Notes: a model not told the origin generated them from the letters alone. A DNA stretch of 61,842 bases, filler included, from 7 parts of 7 records of this genome joined end to end with filler, not necessarily neighbours in it; one strand, 5' to 3'; positions 33,870 through 45,022 are shown, counted from the first letter of the whole stretch. Translations and numbers: made by a program.

Positions 33870-35692
33870 CTACTTTTTACGCATTGCCGAAAATGTTTTG
33901 TTGAACACTTTTTGTGCTTTTGCCCCTGTACCCACTGCCATGGATTCCGCTTTCACGTCACCTCCCTTGACAATGACACCCTGGTTAATGATAGATGTTT
34001 GTCTCTCCTTCAAATCAGATGTATCAACATTATGCTCATCCAGAAAACTGATAAATGTATCTAACAGTTGTCTTTCAATAATTTTGGAATACATTTCTTT
34101 ATCCAGTAATTGAAAATAGTGAATATAATTGGGACTGCTGAATCCCTGCCGAAGCGTTCGATCCGCACCATAATTAAAGAGTGGATTGTTTTTGATCATT
34201 TTTTTCAGTCTTCTATCTTCAAGACCAAATAATTTATCGATAAAAGTTGAAAATTTACCAAATATAACCAAAACAGAATAAGCAGCTGTAAATGGTGTTA
34301 AAAAGAGGTATTTTACCCCTTCGCCAATAAAGCTTGTAAAATCGAGAGGCACCAGTTTATCCACTTTTTTATAGGAATCTGCTAGTGGTGTTAACAGAAA
34401 AGTGCTCACTTCAACAAAGAGCTTGTTTCCACGTCTGGAATATCGTAAAAAGTAGGACACGACCAGTTCATTCCCCCAATCGTAAACCTGAATCCATTTA
34501 TAATAACGGATACGCGAATCATTGTCCGCAGCATATTTGTAAATAATTTTATTATCATCAATTTTAGTATTGGGAGTTGAATACATCGTGGACAGGATCC
34601 AACTTTCCTTACGAATATCAGAACCGTTTACAAATAAAACATTTTTAATTTTGAGTCCATCAAATTTTAATTCTTTACAGGCATGATTAATCGCATTATA
34701 AAGCTCTGCCAGCGTAAAAGGCTGAACTTCCATATTCTCCCCCAGTTCTTCTTTCGGAACCGACACATCCACGGCAAAGGACCAGCCACCCATATTGATT
34801 CCGGATCCAACAAAAGGGGAAAAACCATTATAGATCACCAGACCTTGATTTTCAGAATCAATAGCTTGGATTTGTTTTTCATCCACATAAGCATTAAATT
34901 TTTTTGTAATCTCATCGGCATCAAACTTTTCCTTTTGAAAGTTCTCTAACAGTAATTTGTGTTCGGTATTTCCTTTGTAAAATCTTATAATCCATGCGAT
35001 TACGAAAAGAAGAGGGGCAATGGGAGTCACAAATGTGAATAAAAATAGAATGGCCAGGAAGAAAAAAATAACATGATATTTTGTTTCCCGTTCTTCAAAA
35101 TATTTGCATAACCTGACCACGGTTTGCAAATCATAACCAAGTTCCGGCGCAAACGCTTTATATTTTTGTTTCATATAATTCAAAATTTGATTTCGAAACG
35201 AGCTGCCATTTTGTAAAGCACTTGCAGCCAAATAACGGGTTGCTTCACTATTTTTCATATTCACGGAAACACCTCCATAAATACTATTCGTATTAGATAA
35301 AGATGGACTCATCCCCAAATTAAATAAAGAACGACTCAGAGGTTGATTCGATTTTGGGGAGTAAAAATATCCACCCACCATAGCACCACATATATTAGCT
35401 GTGGCAAATCCTGACATCAATATTGCATAGTCCATACCATAATTTAATACATTGATAAAATTGGGAATCGCCAAAAAAGTCCTACAGTAAGAGCCAGCCT
35501 TAGATCAGAACTTTTGGCAACTCGCAATGCCACATATCCACCAACCAGCGCATATAAGAAATTTAAAAACAACCATCCAAATCTGCCAAATGGTATTAAG
35601 CGGTACAGGTCCGGGTACACTGTATTTATAACAAGTGGCAGAAAATGAGCAACCAGCACTCCGCTTACAACAGCTGCGACGTTTTTTACCAC
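33870..35692 (-). CDS. Multi-pass membrane protein of unknown function (apparent frameshift at A6 35473-35478)
   Basis: GGGAG RBS plus GTG 35692 opens a hydrophobic ORF. One extra T joins it (TVGLFLAIPNFIN) to the 534-aa ORF carrying further TM segments, PFVGSG.....WSFAVD and a C-terminal NQGVIVKGGDVKAESMAVG motif. Confidence 0.7.
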
Positions 35693-35797
35693 GTTTGAAA
35701 CTCCCTTGTGTAAAAGTTAATCTTTTTGCAGGGATTGGCTGTCTAAACAAAAGCATCCAATGCCATCCCATCTGCAGGTCGATCGATCCCAAAAACG

Positions 35798-35838
35798 AAA
35801 AAAGGCGTAACAGGTTTAAAAACCTGGTTACGCCTTTT
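35798..35838 (-). terminator. Terminator-like hairpin in the 5' leader of the membrane protein gene
   Basis: The minus strand reads AAAAGGCGTAACCAGGTTT-TT-AAACCTGTTACGCCTTTTTT. Confidence 0.6.
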
Positions 35839-36315
35839 AAAATTTGAAAATATCAGTACTCCAACACATCATCCCAACCTTGTAATCTAATAATTATACC
35901 TGACAAATAAAGTGATTGTGTGGCAATCCTTTGATAGACAGTAAAATAATTCAAAAGAGAAACACGTTGCATAACTGACTATTCGTAAAATCGTATCATC
36001 CAATTATGACCAGTAGCGACCTCTGACGGTTCAACATATCTCGCAACCCCGGGAGCAACTGTCGTATATCTTGTCATTTAATACATTTAACATCTTTATA
36101 AATATATTATTCCCAGTGAGTGAACTCTCAGGCCAGCTTCTGGCGGCATCCATTTTATAAAAGCCGGCATAATAAAGCCAGAGATATTTGGACTATCCCT
36201 TTAAGACGTATTAGAAAGTAATTCTCATTGATATTTCCATCCCGGATTGCCATCCGGGACGAAAATATCAACGTTCAAAACAATTGTAGATTAAAATTCC
36301 CGGGGTCATATGGTA

Positions 36316-38025
36316 CTATTGCAGCAAAACAAGTTTTTTCACATGAACAAAATCCCTTGTCTCTAGTTTGTAAAAATAGACTCCACTGGAAACGTTCAAT
36401 CCTTTTTCGTCTCTACCATTCCACTTTATAGAAACGAGTCCGGTTGATTGGTATTGGTCGACAAGGGTGGTTATCCGCTGACCGTCAGAATTGTAAATGA
36501 ACAATCTGACATGCGTGGCTTGAGGTAAAAAATATTCTATAGTCGTTTCAGGATTAAATGGATTTGGATAATTTTGCAGCAATTTGTATCCGGATGGCAG
36601 TGAGGTATTTTCAACTGTTTCAACACGAACGGGTATCAGCTCAACATCGATTGCATAGAGTCTGGAGTCAATTGTATACAGGGCTTCATCCTGGGGATCG
36701 GTATCAAGATTGGCAACAAGAATGGCTGATGGTTCCGCATCCAAAACAGATTCCCACAGCATATTATTCTGAATATCATAGACGCGAAGATGTTGCGATG
36801 AAAAATCAGGATCATACCATTTGAGTGACGCTGTGATGATCTCATAAACGCCATCCCCATTAAAATCGCCCATATCAGCCGCACCTGCCTCAGATCGTGT
36901 CAAAAGAATCTCGCCGTTTTCAGCATTAACCAGAGATGTTTTACCATTCCATGGATCCGATATAAATAGCTCATCTTTACCGTCGTTATTCATATCCCAT
37001 ACTTTCAGGTTTTCACCTACCCCTGTTGTTATAGACCAGTCCAGAATTCCTGATGGATCATAACAATAGGCATTACCTAAAACAGCAAAAATCTCATAAT
37101 TTGAATCCTTATTGATATCCTCAATAATGACATCCCTGCCATAATAAACGCCTGACTTTGACCATTCAATCGTATTGGTCTTTCCATCGATAAGAAACAC
37201 TTTATTATCGTAATTGGTCACTGCGACTTCCATGTCGCCATCCCCGTTTATATCTTTTGCATCGATAGCAAACGCGATACCACTGCCCAGATTCTTTTCC
37301 CAGATGCGGGTACCATCCCGCCCATCAAAGAGAACCACCTGGCCTCCGGCAAATGGATATTTTCCGATGGAGGTGACCACATCTTTAAAACCATCATTAT
37401 TAACGTCGCCAAAGGCAAAGTCAGTTACTTCCGGATAATCTCCTGTGGCAGTCCATTCAAGAGAACCATCCTTTTCCAGTTTCACAATTTTTACATTTCC
37501 GTTTGTGACCTTCCCACCAGCAACGACATCGAGAGAGCCGTCTTCATCTATGTCCACGATATCAGCATTGACATATTCCGTCGTATTATCAATCGTATAT
37601 TTCCAAAGCTGCTGACCTGACGCACCATTAACAGCAATGACATCACCAGCTATTGTCCCAATCACCACATCTGCTATACCGTCGTCATTCAGGTCGCCGG
37701 TCGCAAAACCATCTTCCCATCGGTCAAACCATTTGATGGTGGCTGAAGCATCATAAGACCACTTTAATTCTGACCCGTTATAAATTTGAAAATCTTTATC
37801 ACCTGTATCTTCAACCTGAGCGACATCATTTGCGTGTGAAGCATTGACTTTTGCCCATACTGTAGCGGGATGGATATTTTTGATTTTCAAGGCAAGCAAG
37901 CCAGTGTCAGGCGTAATTAAGTCAATGGACTGAAGAAAAATAAAAACATTATTTATGGACAAAAAAGGCACTAATAGTATGAAAACAAAAAGGAAACGTT
38001 TTTTATTAATATGTGCTTTAAACAT
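36316..38025 (-). CDS. Secreted FG-GAP/PQQ-type beta-propeller protein with NYPNPFNP C-terminal sorting (T9SS-CTD/FlgD-Ig-like) domain
   Basis: Repeated GDLNDDG.AD, DIDEDG.LD, GDVNNDG.KD, DINGDGD and GDFNGDG motifs; C-terminal LLQNYPNPFNPET...SSGVYFYKL; GGAGG RBS. Confidence 0.85.
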   Translation of the reverse strand: MFKAHINKKRFLFVFILLVPFLSINNVFIFLQSIDLITPDTGLLALKIKNIHPATVWAKVNASHANDVAQVEDTGDKDFQIYNGSELKWSYDASATIKWFDRWEDGFATGDLNDDGIADVVIGTIAGDVIAVNGASGQQLWKYTIDNTTEYVNADIVDIDEDGSLDVVAGGKVTNGNVKIVKLEKDGSLEWTATGDYPEVTDFAFGDVNNDGFKDVVTSIGKYPFAGGQVVLFDGRDGTRIWEKNLGSGIAFAIDAKDINGDGDMEVAVTNYDNKVFLIDGKTNTIEWSKSGVYYGRDVIIEDINKDSNYEIFAVLGNAYCYDPSGILDWSITTGVGENLKVWDMNNDGKDELFISDPWNGKTSLVNAENGEILLTRSEAGAADMGDFNGDGVYEIITASLKWYDPDFSSQHLRVYDIQNNMLWESVLDAEPSAILVANLDTDPQDEALYTIDSRLYAIDVELIPVRVETVENTSLPSGYKLLQNYPNPFNPETTIEYFLPQATHVRLFIYNSDGQRITTLVDQYQSTGLVSIKWNGRDEKGLNVSSGVYFYKLETRDFVHVKKLVLLQ

Positions 38026-38160
38026 GGTGACCTCCTTTTTATTTAGGAACTCGAATACATCTCAACTCTATTTCAGTTGAAATGCCGGAATTAGACAGGT
38101 TTGATTTGTTTTCTCGAACAGATAGGAACCAATCGCACGGAGAGTATTACCTATAAACAG

Positions 38161-38202
38161 AAAAAGGCATAAACCGGTCCCTCTGAGACCTGCTTACGCC
38201 TT
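38161..38202 (-). terminator. Terminator-like hairpin in the 5' leader of the FG-GAP gene
   Basis: The minus strand reads AAGGCGTAAGCAGGTCTC-AGAG-GGACCGGTTTATGCCTTTTT. Confidence 0.55.
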
Positions 38203-38624
38203 GCTCTCTTGGTCACAATAATTCCCCAGTCCATAATACCTTTTTTACATGTCATGAAATTCACGGCATTTTAAATGATATAAAAACGGTACATGAATTG
38301 ACTGGTCATGGTAAAACAGAGGCATTTATATCGGAAGGGAAATCGCAGAAATTTATTTTTTACATCTACGTCAACGAACAATTATAAACAGTCGACGAGT
38401 TACTACTCTTTTTCTAAAAGTCCCCTGGAAACATTGTCAGGAGTGTGATTTCAATAGCCTCTATAAATTTTTAACATGTTTGGCTATGGATTATTCCCAA
38501 TAGCAGGATATATTGATGTTGTTATCTTGGTTTTTTGATAATCTTATATATTACAGGCTTGAAATACAGATTGTGTGAAATCACATCAAAAAGTTGACCT
38601 CAATAACTATAATTGAGACAAAAC

Positions 38625-39143
38625 CTAATCACCTTTCGGTTTTACGGCGTCAAGAGCGAGATCAGCGATGGCAGGATAGCCTAAAAGTCTTCGGATCATT
38701 CCCAGGGCACCTATGTGATAGGACTCGTGCCACATGTAGAAAATCAGCGTATCAAAAATAGTCTTTTCATGGTGCGGTGATAAATTATCATCTATACGAG
38801 TGTTCAGTTGTTTATCAGTCACCTTTTCCAGAATCCCTTCCAGTTCAATATGAACCTGACTCCACTTTGCTAATAATTCATTAATTTGTGGATAGTCTGA
38901 ACCGTCTGATGCGCCTTTTTCACCAAACATAATTCTATATTCTCGTTTTTTATTGGAACCAAATAAATTCATAACCTGGTGCCGGTAATCCAAAAGATGT
39001 CCCGTGATCCATGAAATGGATGCTCCTTCCCCATTTCGGGATCTACGAATGGCATCCACATTATTAATATCTCCAAGAACCAGGTTCATAATAAAGTGAC
39101 TAAACCGAAAACTCCCTATCGCAGGCTTTATCATTGTCGTCAT
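38625..39143 (-). CDS. DinB/YfiT family protein
   Basis: ISWITGHL and WHESYHIG metal-binding His pattern; size typical of DinB_2. Confidence 0.8.
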   Translation of the reverse strand: MTTMIKPAIGSFRFSHFIMNLVLGDINNVDAIRRSRNGEGASISWITGHLLDYRHQVMNLFGSNKKREYRIMFGEKGASDGSDYPQINELLAKWSQVHIELEGILEKVTDKQLNTRIDDNLSPHHEKTIFDTLIFYMWHESYHIGALGMIRRLLGYPAIADLALDAVKPKGD

Positions 39144-39175
39144 CTTTCGTCCTCACTATTATTGAAAACTTTTTT

Positions 39176-39275
39176 NNNNNNNNNNNNNNNNNNNNNNNNN
39201 NNNNNNNNNNNNNNNNNNNTTAATTAATTAANNNNNNNNNNNNNNNNNNNNNNNNNNNNNNNNNNNNNNNNNNNN
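39176..39275. other. Artificial contig linker
   Basis: N44-TTAATTAATTAA-N44. Confidence 0.98.
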
Positions 39276-39878
39276 TTTTTCGCTGTCCATCTCAATTCTT
39301 TTACATGTGCAATTCAGATTCTCAATCGCAACCTGATTGGGCAAAACAAATGACACCTGAATCACTTCTTCCATCGTAAACATTCCTGATAATTGCAATA
39401 ATGCTCCGGTCATACTTAGATCCAGAATATAATCTGTTTTCGGATTACCACTTTCACGTTTTAATGGAATTACTACCTGAATTCTTGGTGCCCCACGTAA
39501 AGAAACTTCCTCGATTGCTTCGGGGTATTGAATCAAAGTAATATTGAAAGGTGGTCCAACCATTCTCATAGGCTCAGAATAAAAGCCAAAAATGCTTCCT
39601 TCAAGAAGATATCTGATGACAATCTCTTTGTTTTCCCGGTAATTTACAGGTGTCCCGTTGATCTTTGGAGTGGCAATTATCAAGAACTGCCCTTTATTAA
39701 ATCCAATTAGGCTGGTTTTTACTTTTACTTTCATGGCATTGACTATGACATCAACAACCATATCCATACCAGCCTGAATAGGTGCCGCAGCAAATGGGTC
39801 AGGAGCACTACTTTGTGAGTTGCCCAATCCCAAACCAATCTTAGAATCTGGTGATTTTCCTATAACATTATTTGCCAA
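39276..39878 (-). CDS. Flagellar-brake YcgR-like / PilZ domain c-di-GMP receptor, 3' truncated
   Basis: PilZ motifs RGAPR (RxxxR) and DLSMTG (DxSxxG), preceded by a YcgR-N-like domain. Confidence 0.8.
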
Positions 39879-40058
39879 ACCATCTCTCCTTCTTGTGCCA
39901 CTCCAATAATAAGCCAGTACTCATATCTGGCAATAATTTGATATTTTACCACAACTCAAGGAAAATGAAATAATTGAATCATTTTTTTCACCGCAGTAAG
40001 TTGAGACTTTAAAAAAGTACATTACTTGAATATTCAAGCATGAATGATATTTTCAGAA

Positions 40059-43000
40059 CTATAGCTGTAGCTCTTCCGTCACATCCACATCACCATCGGT
40101 AAAAGCGCAATCTGTCGTTACTTCCACTCCGTTGGCTATTAATGATTGGATATTTGTTTGCTCGTTATCGCAATTCAGGCTTGCGCCTGAAACATTGAGT
40201 TTATCCCCCGTTCCAAAATCAGTGTTCATGACAAGTGGACTCAAGCTTACGTTCATGGAGCCCAAATTTACATCGTTCAAATTTGGCAAGTATTGCAACA
40301 CGGTAATATCGGAAACGGATGAATTCCAAATATTGAGACTTTCCAGAGATGTTGTCGTTGAGATATCCGCAATTGAGGTTAAGGTTGTATTTGATGCCGA
40401 AAGAGTAACAAGTGGCAAACCTGATAAACCAGCCAAGCTTGTAATTTTGGTTCTAAATACAGTTAGCCATGTAAGTTTTGTCAGACTTGAAAGGGGTGTA
40501 AGGTCTGTAATGTCGTTATCCTGCAAGTTCAATCTTGTTAATCCTGTGCAATTGGCCAATATGCTTATGTCGATAATTTTATTGTTATAAAAGAAAAGCT
40601 GATCGAGTTTTTTAAGGTTTTGCAAACCGTCTAAGCTGGCAAGGTTTCTGTTGTCTTGCAAGTTCAGAGATGTAAGTTCCGTCAGTGCAGCCAAAGGTGT
40701 CAACGATGAAATATCATTATAGCCAACATGCAAATCAGTGAGTTTATATAAAGTGGCAACAGGTACCAAAGAAGTAATGCTATTGGTAGTCAAGTTCAGT
40801 ATTTCAAGATTATTCAGACACTTGATTCCTTCAAGACTTGAAATGCTGCTACTTTTAGCATCCAGATTGGTGAAGTTTCTTACATCTTCATAAACAAGTG
40901 GTCTTCCTGCTACTCCAGCTATCGTTTTTATTTTGTTTTCCAGATTGATATCGGTAAAGATCAGATTCCCTTCACATCCTAATGGCACGGAAGCCTCTTC
41001 ATCAACTTCAGTTGTCTCCGTTGTTTCAATTACTTCAGTAGTTTCAGTGGTGTCTGTAATGTCATCCTCGACGATATCGCCATCGACAGGAATTTCGATT
41101 TCATACTCTGGTTCCAGTTCTGCATCAATATCACCATCTTCTGGAACAGTCCACCAGCCTGATCTTACAAGACGCAAACCATTGGTCATTTCATTGTCAG
41201 TCGGTAGCACTACATCACGATATGCTGATCTGCAACTGTGTGTGTATCCGTTAAATGCTCCACCACGAAGTACGCGTTCCTGCCCACCATTTTTCCCTTC
41301 AGGATTACTTGCTGTATCCGTGCTGTTATTCTCGATATAGGCATCCCATACCCATTCCGAAACGTTGCCAGCTATATGCATCAGTCCCCATTGATTTGCT
41401 TGCTTATTAACCTCTTCAAACTTGGGATGAGTTCCAACACATTCCAACGCTTCGGCACCAATACTTACACAACCATCGTATGAAACTGCGCTATTATTGC
41501 AGTAATAGGCAATTTTAGAGAGGTTTGGATCGCTATCACACATCTGACCTGTAATAGCTCCATTATAAAATGCATCGAAAACACCAGCTCTTGCTGCATA
41601 TTCCCACTCTGCTTCTGTGGGCAAACGATAACCGGTGCATTCATACACTGATGTAACATTATTAAGCTCAACTGTTGCTGAAGCTATACCTTTGATTGAA
41701 ATGCCGCCTTTAGGTGAGTAACAGGACGTTATGCCAGATCCAGCATATCCCGCTTCTTCATCGACATCACCATCCGATACTGCTCCCATTTCGCAATAGA
41801 TGTCTGTCATTGTATAACAAGGCACCATTTCACTCATGTTTGACAGCATAATGGCATAGGCTACAGCGTCATACCAACTGAGTCTTTCAACAGGACAATT
41901 TGATCCGCAGTTTTTGAAATAGCTTAAATCGCTTCCCATAATGTCCAAGAATTCCTCTTGAGTAACTTCAAATTGCATCATCCTGAAATTGTTTGTCAGT
42001 GTTACTTCATGTTGTTGTTCTCTTTTATCGATTCTTCCCTGTTCGCCATCCGGACTACCCATACAGAAACAACCTGCGGGAATGTTACAGAATCCTTTTT
42101 CGCAGTAAGCCGTATGTTGATCCGGAACACAGTCATCGCTGCATCTGGGTTCTTCTTCCTCTACTTCTGGTTCAAGTTCGGGTTCAGGCTCAAGCTCTGG
42201 TTCCAATTCCGGTTCAATCTCAGGTTCTGCTTCAAAAGCTTCTTCATCTCCATCGATTTCAGGCTCAAGTTCTTTTTCTTCTTCCTGAACAAATTCAGTA
42301 TCTACATCGCCATCATCAGAAATTTCCTGACATACTCCCTCCATGCAGGAGCCTTCCTCTCCATTTTCTTCCAAGGTGCAAAGCGAGCCATCCTGCATAG
42401 AAGTCCATTCCGTGTTCGATGTTCCCGTGTAGCAGGTCTGACAACTGTTATCGCTTTTCAAAGCAGCTTGTTCAACGCAAGTTTTTTCGATTACGCAGAA
42501 ATCCTCTTTGGGAGTAGAAACACATTCATGTTGTTCATCGCACATATCTTCCGTGCATCCAAGTTCATCGGCATCGGTAAGGCAATATCCATCCTTTGAT
42601 ACGTAGCTGCCATTATTGCAGCAATCTCCCGATTCGCATTCTTTGGGATCATCCTCGATTGTCGTAACTTTTATATCAAGCTGTTTGAATTGTCCCATAA
42701 TACCGCTTTTAAGCATAAGGGCATACTTGATCCTGAATTCTTTTCCTCTTAGAAGTTCATCCATTTGTAGAGTACCAGACAATCGCATGATGCCAGAAAC
42801 GATCGATGCTTTAACCAAAATGTACTTTTTCGCACCAACGACCATAATTACGACTTTTTCAACCTCTTCCGGTTTTACATATTCACTTCCTAAAATAACG
42901 CTGAATTCTTCGCCCATTCTAAATAGCTTTGGAGCTTCCACCTTTTTGATTTGTGCCGCTTCAACTCCTTCTGTTTCTTTTGGCGGCTCACCATCTTTTA

Positions 43001-43151
43001 CTTCGCTATCCTCAAAACCGAGAGCGTCGGTCAATCTGTCTTCCAACGCTTTGGCAATATCCTCGACATTACTGCCGGAAGTACATCCGAAAACGATCAA
43101 CATGCTGAGTATCATAAGAAGAGTAAAAAACTGTCTCATATATTTCTCCAT
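40059..43151 (-). CDS. Lipoprotein with Cys-rich region, acidic linkers, FGE-sulfatase (SUMF1-like) domain and internalin-like LRR domain
   Basis: Lipobox VFGC; FCMGSP, GYRLPTEAEWEYAARAG, WGL....GNVSEW..D and RVLRGG; LxxLxLxxNxIxxLxxL repeats; EPELEPE repeats. Confidence 0.85.
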   Translation of the reverse strand: MEKYMRQFFTLLMILSMLIVFGCTSGSNVEDIAKALEDRLTDALGFEDSEVKDGEPPKETEGVEAAQIKKVEAPKLFRMGEEFSVILGSEYVKPEEVEKVVIMVVGAKKYILVKASIVSGIMRLSGTLQMDELLRGKEFRIKYALMLKSGIMGQFKQLDIKVTTIEDDPKECESGDCCNNGSYVSKDGYCLTDADELGCTEDMCDEQHECVSTPKEDFCVIEKTCVEQAALKSDNSCQTCYTGTSNTEWTSMQDGSLCTLEENGEEGSCMEGVCQEISDDGDVDTEFVQEEEKELEPEIDGDEEAFEAEPEIEPELEPELEPEPELEPEVEEEEPRCSDDCVPDQHTAYCEKGFCNIPAGCFCMGSPDGEQGRIDKREQQHEVTLTNNFRMMQFEVTQEEFLDIMGSDLSYFKNCGSNCPVERLSWYDAVAYAIMLSNMSEMVPCYTMTDIYCEMGAVSDGDVDEEAGYAGSGITSCYSPKGGISIKGIASATVELNNVTSVYECTGYRLPTEAEWEYAARAGVFDAFYNGAITGQMCDSDPNLSKIAYYCNNSAVSYDGCVSIGAEALECVGTHPKFEEVNKQANQWGLMHIAGNVSEWVWDAYIENNSTDTASNPEGKNGGQERVLRGGAFNGYTHSCRSAYRDVVLPTDNEMTNGLRLVRSGWWTVPEDGDIDAELEPEYEIEIPVDGDIVEDDITDTTETTEVIETTETTEVDEEASVPLGCEGNLIFTDINLENKIKTIAGVAGRPLVYEDVRNFTNLDAKSSSISSLEGIKCLNNLEILNLTTNSITSLVPVATLYKLTDLHVGYNDISSLTPLAALTELTSLNLQDNRNLASLDGLQNLKKLDQLFFYNNKIIDISILANCTGLTRLNLQDNDITDLTPLSSLTKLTWLTVFRTKITSLAGLSGLPLVTLSASNTTLTSIADISTTTSLESLNIWNSSVSDITVLQYLPNLNDVNLGSMNVSLSPLVMNTDFGTGDKLNVSGASLNCDNEQTNIQSLIANGVEVTTDCAFTDGDVDVTEELQL

Positions 43152-43371
43152 TAAAATTATGGCCGTCCTGTTTATTTTTAAAGGTTCAATCCCTTTACCT
43201 AGCCTTTAATAATAGATGTTAATAGCACCAAAATCAAGAATTGATAGTAGATACTTAATATCGATTGAGAATTAAACTCTATGCTTTACAAAGAGCTGAA
43301 AATCGTTAGAATGAACTAGAGTAATTTTTCCGAAATTTTGTTGTATTTTTATTTTTTTCAGGAGGCGAGAA

Positions 43372-45022
43372 ATGCGTTTTAAGCCATTGTTATTACTTGT
43401 TTTATGTGCCTTTTTAGTCTTTATTTCATGCTCGTCGGATTCCTCCGATGACAACAATGTCGATGGAGATGTCGATACCGAATCGGAAAAAGGCGAAGGG
43501 TCAACAGTCGCCCCCACAACTATTTTGGAAACAAAAGTTGACGAAGCCGTAAAACTGCCAGCCCTTGAAGAAGATGTAGCAGTCGCCTGGGACAGCTTCG
43601 GTATGCCACACATTTACGCTAAAAACGACCATGATGCTGCTGTCGCTATTGGCTGGGTTCAAGCCAGTATGCGTATGTTCGAGATGGAAATGCTACGCTC
43701 GCTTTCCACAGGTAAAATGACGGAACTCATATCATCTCTTGATAATCTTATCGGAGCTGACTTGTACTACAAAATGATCTTTTCGACTGCCAAAGGCGAG
43801 GATTTGCTTCAGGGAATCTATGATAAAAGTTCTGAAGAAACCAAGACATTCCTCGATGCCTATTCCGCCGGAATCAATGCCAGAATCGACCAATACAGAG
43901 TCGATGATTCAGATTATCCGGAATTCCTGACCTTTGGCATGATCGCTCTCGAACCTTCCGATATGAGGTATTGGGAACCAAAAGATACTCTAGCAATCGG
44001 ACGACTTCAATCATGGGATCTTGCAAGAACTCACAGCTACGAGATCACACTAACGAAGCTTTTTGAAACGCTCGGTGAAGATCTTTTCAATGAAGTCATT
44101 TCATCGAAACCTTCTGTTTTAAAATCGATTATTCCATCCTGGAATGGCACTATTAAAAGCCGCTTGCCGGTATTTGGAACTCCCCGTGGCAAGGAATTCA
44201 TCAGTCAACTGGACGCTGTTCTCGAAAAGGAAAAAATGCTCGAAAAATATCGCTGGTTCAACTATAGCGACGCCAGCAACTCATGGGCGATTGGACCACA
44301 AAACGGCAATAAAACAGCATACTTAGCTAATGATCCGCACTTGTCACTACAATCACCACCAGTATTCATGCCAATCTCGATTGACACATGGCAGATGTCT
44401 GGAAAAGAAGACGGATTCCACATGGGCGGAGTCGCTTTCCCCGGAATTCCGGTTGCGATTATCGGTCGAAATGCTCATGTAGCATGGTCAGAGACAAACA
44501 CCGGATTCGATGTTTCCGATGTTTACGAAGAAACCATTACCTATGACTCAAACAACGAACCAAAATCTGTTCTTTTCAATGGCCAACAGGTTGATGTAAT
44601 AAAAGAAAAGTTACACTGAAAAACGGTCATTCAGAAAATCCGACTACTTCGGATCATTATATATATTATGTTCCACATCATGGACCTTTGCTTCCGGAAA
44701 CTCTCAAGCCGGGTGAATCCGACAAAGCCTTTTCGCTCAGATGGACTGGTCTTGAGCCGACTCGTGAAATCGATGCAGTTTCAAAATTGCAAAAAGTCAA
44801 GAATCTCGATGAAGCATTCGAGGCCATTTCGCTATTTGAAGTCGGCGGACAGAATTTCGTATTCGCCACAAAAGATGGTGATATAGGTTATTTCCCGCAT
44901 AGCTTGTTGCCAATACGAAAAGGAGATCTGACAGCAAATCCTCCATGGATGGTTATGCCCGGCACCGGTGAATATGAATGGGACGGATACATCCCTAAAG
45001 ACAAATATCCACAAATGAAAAA
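43372..45022 (+). CDS. Penicillin acylase family Ntn-hydrolase lipoprotein (frameshift near 44606-44609; 3' truncated)
   Basis: D.FGMPHIYA, nucleophile SNSWA, ANDPHL and GRN.HVAW..TN. It continues in the next frame as VPHHGP, LRWTG, QNFVFA..DG.IGY and PG.GEYEWDG. Confidence 0.88.

Noticed and set aside
41150-41300. FGE/CLec domain as a diversity-generating retroelement target
   Set aside because: No reverse transcriptase and no second copy (template repeat) of this segment was seen in the window, and the domain is internal.
40132-43209. Long plus-strand ORFs (152, 135, 213 and 197 aa) opposite the 1030-aa gene
   Set aside because: They are antisense shadows of a low-complexity coding region with no recognisable motifs.
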